This document shows, one piece after another, positions 8,802-17,857 of a stretch of DNA of 64,000 bases. The notes under the pieces are model-generated. The model was not told the DNA's origin. It searched no databases and was given only the letters and a program-made list of their open reading frames with translations. Numbering within the stretch: the first letter of the stretch is position 1; each line of letters starts with the position of its first letter. This stretch comes from Chloroflexota bacterium. Its GTDB lineage: Bacteria; Chloroflexota; UBA11872; VXOZ01. Made by a program: the position numbers and the translations under genes. The stretch covers positions 1,536,001 through 1,600,000 of the forward strand of contig OZ244922.1 of NCBI GenBank assembly GCA_965221905.1, read 5' to 3'.

Positions 8802-11255
8802 TCAGCCGATCGGCACCTCAGCCGGTTGGATTTCAACGTTGTCTCCGGCTGCATTGAGGGTGACGAGCCAGTGCGTTAGCGTTTCATCTTTGAGGCGGAG
8901 ATCGGTCAGGGGGTCTTCGAGCAGTGCAGTGATGAGCCGGCGCAGGGGCCGCGCGCCCTGCGCGGCGCCGCAGCGCTTGGCAAGGTGCTCGATCACCGGA
9001 TCTTCTACTTCGAGGGTCACGCCTTCGGTAGCGAGATGCAATACACACTCTTGGACCAGCCGCCGAGCGATGTTGTGAATGTCGTCATCGTTTAGTTGAC
9101 GGAATGCGCATACTGTATCCACCCGATTCAAGAATTCAGGGCGTAGATTGCGTTCAAGCGCCTTGAGCGCGGCCTTCTTGATGCGCTCATAATCCACTAC
9201 CGTATTGTCTGCGTTGAAGCCAATTCCGATCCGATTCGGATCATCGTCGAAGAAGTTGGAGGTGAAGATCAGCACGGTGTTGCGGAAGCTCACAACGCGT
9301 CCGTGACCATCGGTTAGCTGGCCGTGGTCGAGAATCTGCAGGAGAGCGTCCAATACGGCAGGATGCGCCTTATCGATGTCATCGAGCAGAATAACGGCAT
9401 ACGCCCGTCGCCGCACTGCCTCCGTGAGTTGTCCGGCGTCATCATAGCCCACGTAACCGGGAGGCGATCCAATGAGACGCGATACCGTGTGGTACTCATC
9501 GTATTCGGACATATCGATGCGGACCATTTGTTGCTCGTCACCCAGCATGAACTCCGCAATGGCTTTGGCAAGTTCAGTCTTGCCCACGCCCGCGCTGCCA
9601 ATGAAGAGAAAGGATCCAATCGGGCGTGCCGGGTCCTTTACCCCTGCCAGCGCCCGACGCAGCGCTTGGGCAACGTCACGCGCCGGTTGCTGTTGGCCGA
9701 CTATGCGCCGGGCTATTTCTGATTCCATCTTCATCAAACGCTTGGCTTCATCGGTGTCTACCGTACTGCTGGGTATGCCGGTCCATTGTGCAATAACCTC
9801 TGCGATTTCTTTCTTGCCGATCTCAGCATTGTGCTCCGCGAGTTTTCTCCGCCACCCGATTTCTATTTCGCGTAGCTGCATATGCAAGTTCTCAATCTCG
9901 CTATTGACGCGCGTAATCCAATCGTAATTGCCCTCTTCCCGGGCCTCTTTTGCCTCTTTTTGGAGTAATTCCAGCCGATGCTTCAGTTTGCGCATCTCAG
10001 AAGGGGCCGTGAGGCGCGAGACTTTCAAGCGCGCAGCCGCTTCGTCAATAAGGTCGATCGACTTGTCGGGGAAGAAGCGACCGGGTAAGTAGCGTTGGGC
10101 CAGCCGCACTGAGCTAACGAGCGCTTCGTCTGTTATGGTCACGCCGTGGAAGGTCTCATAGAGCTTTCGAATGCCCGCCAGGATTGCGACGGTCTCCTCG
10201 AACGCCGGCTCTTCAACCGCAATCGGCTGGAAGCGCCGCACCAACGTGCCGTCGCGCTCGATGTAGCGGCGGTATTCCTCCCACGTCGTAGCGCCGATCA
10301 TGCGCATTTCGCCCCGCGAAAGCACGGGCTTGAGCATGTTGGCGGCATCCATTGCCCCTGCGGCGGCTCCCGCACCCAGGATCATGTGTACTTCATCGAT
10401 GAAGAGTATGAGATTGTCGACGTTCTTCACCTCTTCGATGAGTCGCTTGAGCCGCTCTTCGAATTCGCCGCGGAACTTTGTGCCTGCAATGAGACCGGCA
10501 AGATCGAGTTGCACAACACGCAGGTCATGCATTACGGAAGCGGCTTCTTTTGAAACAATGCGTTCCGCTAAGCCCTCAACGACGGCGGTCTTGCCAACGC
10601 CGGCCGGGCCCACAAGCACGGGATTGTTCTTGCGGCGGCGCAAGAGCACCTCGCTCATGCGCTCGACTTCCTTCTCCCGGCCAATGACGGGGTCCAGTTC
10701 TTGTTGGCGGGCCATTTGCGTGAGATCACGCCCATGCTGCTCAAGAATCGAAGTTCGCTCCTGGCGGCGAGAGCGTTCGCGGGTACGCTGTCGGCCTACT
10801 TCGGGGCTCTTACGCGACCAGCGGTTTGCCATGCGCCGCATCACGTCCGTCTGCACGCCCAAGCGATTGATGAGGACATGCGATGCCAGGCCTTCCTCTT
10901 CGCGGAGAAGACCGAGCAGCAGGTGCTCCGTGCCGATGTATTCTGAGGAGAGTGATCGCGACTCTTCGTCGGCGAGCTCAAGCACGCGTATGCCGGAAGA
11001 AGAGAGCCGTGGGCTGGCAAAGGCTTCTCGGGATTGGCCGAAGTCGATGGCGGCAACGATCTCACGCACAATCACGTGCAGATCAAGCCCTAACTCGCGT
11101 AGCAGGCGCGCTGCAAGACATTCCGGGAGGGCAACCAAAGCAAGCAGGATGTGCTCCGGTCTGATCTGCTGGTGTTGGAAGAAGAGCGCCTCATTGCGCG
11201 CAAGCGCGAGGGCCTGCTTGCCCATGTCGGTTAAACGGTTGACAATATCCGCCAC
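8802..11255 (-). CDS. clpC: ClpC-type ATP-dependent Clp protease ATPase subunit (divergent)
   Basis: Double Clp N-repeat, LDPVIGR, KNNPVLVGPAGVGKT, ILFIDEVH, UVR-like M-domain, GSAGVGKT, GSPPGYVG, IGF ClpP-docking loop, GARPLRR; GTG 11255 chosen as start (ORF open to 11303). Confidence 0.9.
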   Translation of the reverse strand: MADIVNRLTDMGKQALALARNEALFFQHQQIRPEHILLALVALPECLAARLLRELGLDLHVIVREIVAAIDFGQSREAFASPRLSSSGIRVLELADEESRSLSSEYIGTEHLLLGLLREEEGLASHVLINRLGVQTDVMRRMANRWSRKSPEVGRQRTRERSRRQERTSILEQHGRDLTQMARQQELDPVIGREKEVERMSEVLLRRRKNNPVLVGPAGVGKTAVVEGLAERIVSKEAASVMHDLRVVQLDLAGLIAGTKFRGEFEERLKRLIEEVKNVDNLILFIDEVHMILGAGAAAGAMDAANMLKPVLSRGEMRMIGATTWEEYRRYIERDGTLVRRFQPIAVEEPAFEETVAILAGIRKLYETFHGVTITDEALVSSVRLAQRYLPGRFFPDKSIDLIDEAAARLKVSRLTAPSEMRKLKHRLELLQKEAKEAREEGNYDWITRVNSEIENLHMQLREIEIGWRRKLAEHNAEIGKKEIAEVIAQWTGIPSSTVDTDEAKRLMKMESEIARRIVGQQQPARDVAQALRRALAGVKDPARPIGSFLFIGSAGVGKTELAKAIAEFMLGDEQQMVRIDMSEYDEYHTVSRLIGSPPGYVGYDDAGQLTEAVRRRAYAVILLDDIDKAHPAVLDALLQILDHGQLTDGHGRVVSFRNTVLIFTSNFFDDDPNRIGIGFNADNTVVDYERIKKAALKALERNLRPEFLNRVDTVCAFRQLNDDDIHNIARRLVQECVLHLATEGVTLEVEDPVIEHLAKRCGAAQGARPLRRLITALLEDPLTDLRLKDETLTHWLVTLNAAGDNVEIQPAEVPIG

Positions 11256-11358
11256 TAGGCTGCTCTTCCGATAGTAAAAACCCAGGTTCTGCTCTAGTCG
11301 CATTATATCATGGCAATTGAGCCGCCACGCTCGTGCGGGACCGCACTTGGCGTACCGG

Positions 11359-11829
11359 TCACTTGCAACGCTGCGAGCCTTCTTCCGGATTCTGACACGC
11401 CCGGCCTCCGACCATTCTGCGAACCTTGTCGATCTTCACACCCAGGCTAATTGCTAGCACGTGTTGCGCCAAACTGTCTTCGCGGAGAAGGCCGAGAAGC
11501 AGGTGTTCAGTACCGGTTCGTTCAGCGCACATGGCCCGCGACTCTTCGTGTGCACGTTCCAACACACGCAAGCTAACAGCAGAGAGACCTGGGCTGGGAG
11601 GGTCTGTTCTCGTTGGGCCAAATCTAATTAAAGCAACGACTTCAAGTACAATGACGACTAGATCATGCCCCAACTCCCGCAAGAGACGGGAGGCGGGACA
11701 CTGAGGGATAGCGACGAGCGCAAGCAGAAGGTGCTCCGGCTGGACCACATCCACCTGGAAGAAGAGCGCTTCGTTGCGTGCAAGGGCAAGGGTCAGCTTG
11801 CCCTCGCTATTGAAGCGGCTGACATCCAC
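11359..11829 (-). CDS. Stand-alone Clp N-terminal domain protein, paralogous to the N-domain of the adjacent ClpC
   Basis: LALARNEALFFQ..PEHLLLALVAIPQC..RLLRELG..GTEHLLLGLLRE closely matches the ClpC N-terminus; own RBS (GGAGG) and stop; no ATPase domain. Confidence 0.85.
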   Translation of the reverse strand: MDVSRFNSEGKLTLALARNEALFFQVDVVQPEHLLLALVAIPQCPASRLLRELGHDLVVIVLEVVALIRFGPTRTDPPSPGLSAVSLRVLERAHEESRAMCAERTGTEHLLLGLLREDSLAQHVLAISLGVKIDKVRRMVGGRACQNPEEGSQRCK

Positions 11830-11907
11830 AACCGGACTACCTCCATCTCCCGATAGACTCGATTCCTGCCTTAACGGGCTATGCGCGAAGACTCTGAGCC
11901 GATAGGC

Positions 11908-13425
11908 TTACCCAGAGTCGAGTCCGTTGTCCCAGTCACGTACGATCTGAAAGAGAAGCCGTGCGCCGTATCCGCTGCTGCCTTTCGGAATGTAGGGTCG
12001 GTCCAGGTCTGTGTAGTCCACTCCGGCAATGTCCAGGTGCACCCAAGGTTTCTCATCGACAAAGAGCTTGAGAAGCGCCGCACCGGTGATGCTTCCCGCG
12101 GCTCGGCCGCCGGTGTTCTTCACGTCGGCAATGGGGCTCTTTACCTGCTCTTCATACTCCGGCCACAGGGGAAGTTCCCAGACACGCTCGCCCGTCAAGT
12201 CTCCCGCTGCCTTGACCCTGGCCGCAAGTCCGGCATGGTTTGTCATCAGGCCGGCGGCATGCTGACCCAGAGCGACGATGACGGCCCCTGTCAGGGTTGC
12301 CATGTCAATGATGGCTGACGGGTTGTACCGCTGCGCATAGCACAACGCATCGGCCAAGACGAGCCTGCCTTCGGCGTCGGTGTTATCAATCTCGATGGTT
12401 TTGCCGTTTGCGGCCCGCAGAATATCGCCCGGCTTGAAAGCATTGGCGCCGGGCATGTTCTCGGACGCAGGCACCAAGCCGATCACGCGCACGCTGGGCT
12501 TGAAGTGGCCCACCAGGCGCATCGCACCGATGACGCCGGCACCGCCCGCCATGTCCGATTCCATGTGGCGCATCGAGTCGCCGGGCTTGAGATTTAGTCC
12601 GCCGGTGTCAAAGGTGATGCCTTTCCCAACAAGGACGATGGTCTGGTCGGTCGCCTCGGCCGGCGTGTAATCGAGGACGATGAAGCGGCAGGGCTGATCG
12701 CTGCCGCGGGAAACCCCCAAGATTACGTTCATGTTCTCCGCGGCGATCTCTTCCGGCCCGAGAATGGTGCACTGCAGGCCGAATTCCTGCGCCATAGTGC
12801 TGGCCGCTTCAGCTAGGGCGGCCGGTGGAAGATCGCTCCCGGGTGTCGTGGACAGGTCGCGGACGAAATTCTGGGCGCCGCCAATTGCGACGCCCTCGCT
12901 CACGCCAGCGGATATCTCAGCAAATTTCGCAGAGTCGGCTTCGACAAAAGTAACGGAATCGAGCTCTTTCTTGCTGTCGTCAGATGAGTAGCGCAGATAG
13001 CGGTAGAGTCCTAAAGTTGTACCTTCAGCCGCAGCACGGGCAGCGTCGGCAGGGTCAAGTCCTCCAATACCGGCCCCATGCACGATACTGGCAACCCGTT
13101 TCGCGCCAAGGTCGCGTGCCGTACGCGCTGCTTTCGCCGCCACCTGGCGGGCGTGATCCAGCGTGAAATCGTCTTGCTTGCCGAGACCGATGAGGAGTAC
13201 ACGCCGTGCCGGAATGGCGCCTTGGGTGTAAAGGTAAAGGGTTTCGTTCAGCTTGCCTTCGAAATCACCGGCGGATATGACGTTACTAATCTGACCGTTG
13301 AGGGCGCGATCCACCGCGCCGGTGCCGCCTTCCGGCTCGGTTACGCCATCGAAAAGGTTGACGACGACAAGGTCCGCATCCTGCTCCAGGATGTTCCCCT
13401 GGTCTGCCAAGACGTTCATAGGCAT
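11908..13425 (-). CDS. pepA: Leucyl aminopeptidase (M17)
   Basis: LVGKGITFDTGG, DMAGGA, NTDAEGRLVLAD, DMATLTGA, WVHLDIAG. Confidence 0.96.
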   Translation of the reverse strand: MPMNVLADQGNILEQDADLVVVNLFDGVTEPEGGTGAVDRALNGQISNVISAGDFEGKLNETLYLYTQGAIPARRVLLIGLGKQDDFTLDHARQVAAKAARTARDLGAKRVASIVHGAGIGGLDPADAARAAAEGTTLGLYRYLRYSSDDSKKELDSVTFVEADSAKFAEISAGVSEGVAIGGAQNFVRDLSTTPGSDLPPAALAEAASTMAQEFGLQCTILGPEEIAAENMNVILGVSRGSDQPCRFIVLDYTPAEATDQTIVLVGKGITFDTGGLNLKPGDSMRHMESDMAGGAGVIGAMRLVGHFKPSVRVIGLVPASENMPGANAFKPGDILRAANGKTIEIDNTDAEGRLVLADALCYAQRYNPSAIIDMATLTGAVIVALGQHAAGLMTNHAGLAARVKAAGDLTGERVWELPLWPEYEEQVKSPIADVKNTGGRAAGSITGAALLKLFVDEKPWVHLDIAGVDYTDLDRPYIPKGSSGYGARLLFQIVRDWDNGLDSG

Positions 13426-13554
13426 CTCCTGTTCATTCCTTTGCTTGAGGTGATGTTACTGGGAAATTGACTGCATATTACCCCGATAGAGTACACGCCG
13501 GCCGCGGCTCGGCGCACTCTCCATATGGGCGGACACTAAACGATACCCTAGACG

Positions 13555-14718
13555 TTACGGATTGAAGCGAAGCAGTATGCGGCTGACGTGCCCTTCGCGT
13601 CCGAAGCAGTTTTTACCTTTCGCCATAATCTGGTTCTTACCCGCGCGCAAGTGCCAGGCGAACTCAGGTGTCGTCTCGCGCCACTCTTCATCGTTAAGGC
13701 GCACGAGTAGCTGATCGAGGTTGGGCATGCTGTGGTCGAGCGACACGGACAGCACGGCTTTTCTACTCTCCCAAGCTGCTTGATCTACCTTGAGATTGAT
13801 CTGCACTTGATCGACTGACCAGTAGAGATCGTCTACGTTGCTGGTAAAGTGGCTGCTGTTCGCCCGGTTGTAGGCGATGATGCGTGGCGGTGTCCAGGGG
13901 TCAATCCATTCCAGCGCAGCTTCATACTCGTTGGACGAATGTAGGGTGTTACGCATCGGAAGCACCACGTGGTAGTAATAGTCACCGACATTGTGCCAGC
14001 CAAAGATCTGAAATTCGGCGTCTTGATTGTCTAGATTCAGGAATGTGGTGCCTGCTCCGGATTCCACCTTGTCCGTCACTCGGAATGGGGTCGGCCCTGT
14101 CAACATGGTCACTTCATCCCAGCGGCGAGTGGCCCAAGCAGTGTGGATTTCAAGGACGCTGAGCGGGATACTGTCGCGTTCGTAATGCACGTTCAGGTCG
14201 GGATCGAGCAGTACCCACTTGTGGTATTCGTGGGACCAGAATTCGACGATTGAATGACCGATGTTGCCCTCGTCGGCGGACATCCAATCGCTCTCCGTCT
14301 TGCAGATGCTCAAGTTACGTGCGACGAATCCAAGAGACAAGAGGCACTGCATCAATGTGACCGCAAAGTAGCCGCAATTGAAGTCCTTGCCTTGCTCTAC
14401 CGCAGCCAGTATCTCTAGTGCATTGCGGGGCTCGGGCACGCGCGTCCAGCCATGCTTCCAGCGGGTGTGCACCCATTCGCGCAAAAGGAGCACCTGATCG
14501 AACTCGGTCTTACCGGATGCGATTACGTCATCAAGCCGGTATCGTTGCCGCAGTTCCGTCAGCATGGCGTCAGGGGCTTGATAGCTAAAAGGAAACGCGC
14601 TCCGTACAAGTCGTTCGTTCTGGTATTCGATGACGCGCAATTCCGGCGCTATCGCCTCTTCCCTGGACGCATCAGGTTGTAGTTCCTCGAGTGTTACACG
14701 GTCAAGAGTGGTTGCCAT
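13555..14718 (-). CDS. Transglutaminase-like (Cys-His-Asp) domain protein
   Basis: FNCGYFA, GHSIVEFWS..KWVLLDPD pattern; C-terminal beta-rich domain (GKNQIMAKGKNCFGREG); no signal peptide. Confidence 0.7.
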   Translation of the reverse strand: MATTLDRVTLEELQPDASREEAIAPELRVIEYQNERLVRSAFPFSYQAPDAMLTELRQRYRLDDVIASGKTEFDQVLLLREWVHTRWKHGWTRVPEPRNALEILAAVEQGKDFNCGYFAVTLMQCLLSLGFVARNLSICKTESDWMSADEGNIGHSIVEFWSHEYHKWVLLDPDLNVHYERDSIPLSVLEIHTAWATRRWDEVTMLTGPTPFRVTDKVESGAGTTFLNLDNQDAEFQIFGWHNVGDYYYHVVLPMRNTLHSSNEYEAALEWIDPWTPPRIIAYNRANSSHFTSNVDDLYWSVDQVQINLKVDQAAWESRKAVLSVSLDHSMPNLDQLLVRLNDEEWRETTPEFAWHLRAGKNQIMAKGKNCFGREGHVSRILLRFNP

Positions 14719-14745
14719 AGGTAATGCCTCCAAATCTGAATTGTC

Positions 14746-15660
14746 TTATGCAGGCAATGTCGCTTTGGAAAGCGGCAAGGCCTCTTCAAGCGCCATGCGG
14801 ATCATGGGGAACGAGGCCGGCACGAGTTCAAGGCCCTCGCGTTCGGTTGCTTCCTGAATGTACTCCAAGACGTAGTCCACGTTGGGGATATTGACTTTTT
14901 CGGAGTTGTGCGTGGCGCCGATAATCGCCCGCACCGGAGTTTGGATAAGACCGGAAAGCTCCAGATTCCAATCGATGATGGTGCGGTAGAGTTCCCTGCT
15001 GTCATCGCTGACCGGCTCCTCCGAGCGCAGGTCGCGGGGCCGCGCCCAACGGCCGCCGCTCATTTCGCCGCTGCAGGAAATCACGCAAACTGGCAAGGAG
15101 CCTCCCAACACGTGGTGTTGTGTGCTGCCCCAGTGGGGAAAAGGATAGTCGCCTTCTGTGCAGCGGTCCGACCGGTCCGGGAAGTAGCGACCCGGCGCAG
15201 GCGCAATGTACTGCCGGTAGCCCGCTTCGTAAAGCAGGCGGAGCGTAACCGGACTCTTCGACCCACAGCACGCGCAGTAGGTGTCGGTTCTAAAACCCAG
15301 GGCAGTCTCAAAGTCCTCCGTAGCCTCGGCGATGATCTGGCGCTGCGTGGTTTCGTCGTATTGACCGAGATCGTTTTCGTACTTCGGATAGCGAAAGCCG
15401 GGGACATTAGGCTGGATTCCAATGTTCACGCCCTCGCTGTGCCACTCCCGCATCATGTCGGCATGAGCCTTAGCCGCCTCGGGCGTAAGGTTGAAGGTGA
15501 CCGCAGGCAGCAGGCCGTGCGATTCGAAAGACTGCCGGATGTTGCGCACCGTGCGCTCGCTCACTTCCCACGACCCCGGCCCGCCGCAGCGGGGCGACTT
15601 GGCGGCCAGTGGTTCACAGTCGACGAAATAGGAAAAGAAAATCTTGTTCGACACAGCCAT
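14746..15660 (-). CDS. Polysaccharide-deacetylase-like (NodB-fold) protein
   Basis: YFVDCE, VTFNLTPE, helix 'QRQIIAEATEDFETALGF', late THN; AAGGAG RBS before ATG 15660. Confidence 0.55.
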   Translation of the reverse strand: MAVSNKIFFSYFVDCEPLAAKSPRCGGPGSWEVSERTVRNIRQSFESHGLLPAVTFNLTPEAAKAHADMMREWHSEGVNIGIQPNVPGFRYPKYENDLGQYDETTQRQIIAEATEDFETALGFRTDTYCACCGSKSPVTLRLLYEAGYRQYIAPAPGRYFPDRSDRCTEGDYPFPHWGSTQHHVLGGSLPVCVISCSGEMSGGRWARPRDLRSEEPVSDDSRELYRTIIDWNLELSGLIQTPVRAIIGATHNSEKVNIPNVDYVLEYIQEATEREGLELVPASFPMIRMALEEALPLSKATLPA

Positions 15661-16035
15661 AGGGCTCTCCTTTTGCAGTACGAATCTTGCTCCAGCCGCG
15701 TTTCTGCGAGGCAGGTACCGCCTCATGACTTAGCGTACTTTACCAATGCGATTATATACCGATGCAAGATCATTGGAAACGCGGAGCGACTAGCGCCCAA
15801 CTATCGCTTTGGCCATACATACCGGGACGCCCCGGTCTTGTCCGTAGGTATCACTATCGCAGGATGGATCAATGGAGCACTAGAGTGGAGATGGGGGATT
15901 TGGGAAGCAATAAGGCCGAGTCATTCAACAACCCACCTTGGGAAAGTGAGTGAGGCAATTACGCCACTTCGGATGGGAGCAGGCAAAGCGTGTTGTTCCT
16001 GAATGGCGGTTTGCCCGGGCAAGTGCACAGACGCA

Positions 16036-16065
16036 AGTAGGGGCACGACATGTCGTGCCCCTACT
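16036..16065. repeat. GTAG-type REP-like perfect palindrome
   Basis: AGTAGGGGCACGACA|TGTCGTGCCCCTACT, a 30-bp perfect palindrome; its 22-bp core recurs at 23747-23768. Confidence 0.85.
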
Positions 16066-16116
16066 CCACTTGCTCCGATCAAGAAGATCAGGTTCGCGTA
16101 CTCAAAGGGTCGAGAC

Positions 16117-17508
16117 TTAAGTCTCGCGATACTCCTCGGGGCGGCGCGAAATGATCTCGTTGAGGATGTCGGCAGATTGGCGCAGACCCTCGGCCACGGT
16201 GATCTCGCCTTTCAATGCCTGGTACCACGGCGCGTTGGACGGACCAAAGGCTTCGCTGAACTCAAGCACGCGCGGGAAGGGACGCCCGCCAGCGGCCCAG
16301 CCGTTCACGACCTGCTCGACCTGCGTGCCTTCGTAGCGCGCTGCCCACTTCGGAAACAGGCCGTGCCGGATAATCGGCGGCCACGCAATGTAGCCGAAAT
16401 AGTCAGATTCCTCGGCACCCTCGTCGCTATGGATATACTTGAGGAAGCTCCAAGCGGTCTCCTGGTCCGGAGAAAGGGTCATAAGGGAATAGCCGTTGCC
16501 GACCAGGGTGGCCGTCTGTTCGATGCCCTTCGGCGGCATGGCGATGTCCAACCTCTCCTCCAAGTGCGTCTTGGCGGCGTTGTAACGGAACATGCCGTTG
16601 AACTCAAGGGCAAGGGCCCCTGACTCGAGGATGCCGATACCGGCACTACCGGTAGTGATTTTCTTTATATCCTCGGAGGACGGGGTGTACTGATGCTTGA
16701 TATGGAGATCCACATTGAACTGGGCGCCACGCAGCGAATTGGGATCCTCGCCGTAGAGCGCCTTGTTGTCGGTCTCGTCCATGATGGACCCGCCAAAGTT
16801 GAGCAAGAAGGTGCCGCCCATATACCAGAGGCTGTTCTGGCCAACTTGCATCGCCCAGCGGCCGTCGTCAGGCTTATGGAGCCGTTCCGCCATAGCGAGC
16901 AGGTCGTCGTAGGTCCAGTCACCACCGGGATAGTTCAGGCCGGCCTCGTCGAAGTATTCCTTGTTGAACAGCACTACCTCGCCGCCGGACTGCATGGGAA
17001 CGGCATAAAGCTTGTTCTGCCAGGTCCAAGAACGTAGATCGGCGTTGAAGTAGTCTTCCAACGGAAGCTTGTCGCGCTGGAAGAAGGGGATGTGATCGGG
17101 GAAGATCCCGTTCAATCCGCCATAACCGTACCAGTTGATCTGGTTGATGGAAAGATCCACGTCGGCTTGTCCGGCCGCGTGGTTCGTCTGCCGTCTTTCC
17201 CAGATGGTACCATACTCACCGGGTACGACCTCTGTCTTAATACCCAGCACTTCCTCGGCCGTCTTCAACGTGTTCCGGAATGCCTCGTAGCGACCATCGG
17301 ACGGGACGAAGGTCTCGTCAATCCGCATGATCTTCTCTTCCATCACCACTTCTTCCTTGGCCTCAGGCTCCGGCTCTTTGTCGTCGGCCATCTCGCCAGT
17401 CTGTGCAACTGGCACTGCGCCGCACGCCGCCAATAAGACCACTCCACCAATACCGCCTGCACCCGCCAAAATCCCACGGCGGGAAAAGACGTGTAGCTTC
17501 TCTTGCAT
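16117..17508 (-). CDS. Extracellular solute-binding lipoprotein (carbohydrate ABC family 1), Tat signal
   Basis: SRRGIL twin-arginine motif, LAAC lipobox, KLYAVP..VLFNKEYFDEAGL..WTYDDLL. Confidence 0.9.
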   Translation of the reverse strand: MQEKLHVFSRRGILAGAGGIGGVVLLAACGAVPVAQTGEMADDKEPEPEAKEEVVMEEKIMRIDETFVPSDGRYEAFRNTLKTAEEVLGIKTEVVPGEYGTIWERRQTNHAAGQADVDLSINQINWYGYGGLNGIFPDHIPFFQRDKLPLEDYFNADLRSWTWQNKLYAVPMQSGGEVVLFNKEYFDEAGLNYPGGDWTYDDLLAMAERLHKPDDGRWAMQVGQNSLWYMGGTFLLNFGGSIMDETDNKALYGEDPNSLRGAQFNVDLHIKHQYTPSSEDIKKITTGSAGIGILESGALALEFNGMFRYNAAKTHLEERLDIAMPPKGIEQTATLVGNGYSLMTLSPDQETAWSFLKYIHSDEGAEESDYFGYIAWPPIIRHGLFPKWAARYEGTQVEQVVNGWAAGGRPFPRVLEFSEAFGPSNAPWYQALKGEITVAEGLRQSADILNEIISRRPEEYRET

Positions 17509-17656
17509 TTTTGAAACTCCTCAGTCAGCCAACTCCCATTGGAGCGGCAAATGACAGGTTTACACTAATCGAAACACTCACGCCCGTAGGGCGGAATAGC
17601 CTCCTTTCCCCTCTACTCACACTTGTCGGGTAGCAGTAGTATCCCACAAGGCCAAA

Positions 17657-17688
17657 GCGTCGTCAATACCGCTCGGTATTGACGACGC
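17657..17688. terminator. 15-bp-arm inverted repeat (terminator or operator) overlapping a predicted minus-strand -35 box
   Basis: GCGTCGTCAATACCG-CT-CGGTATTGACGACGC; on the minus strand TTGACG-N17-GATACT points into the SBP gene. Confidence 0.6.
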
Positions 17689-17857
17689 ATTTGTTGAAAA
17701 ACGCCGATTATTTTACTTAGATGGGCAGTCAGCCCACGTTGAAAAAACATCACTGCAGCAGAAGGAATTCCGCTGAGCCGACCTAGTTCGAATTCTTGGA
17801 GCGCTGCCCAGCACTGAGAGGCCAGCAGAGCGCTTTCGGTGCGCGGCAATGAAGAAT

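Noticed and set aside
10300-11274. 324-aa plus-strand ORF
   Set aside because: Antisense shadow of clpC; Ser/Arg-rich with no motifs
11255-11829. Clp N-domain ORF as a frameshifted 5' part of clpC
   Set aside because: clpC already carries its own complete double N-repeat, so the small ORF is a duplicate rather than a split gene
14908-16002. 364-aa plus-strand ORF
   Set aside because: Mostly antisense to the deacetylase-like gene, which has a clear RBS; no recognisable domain
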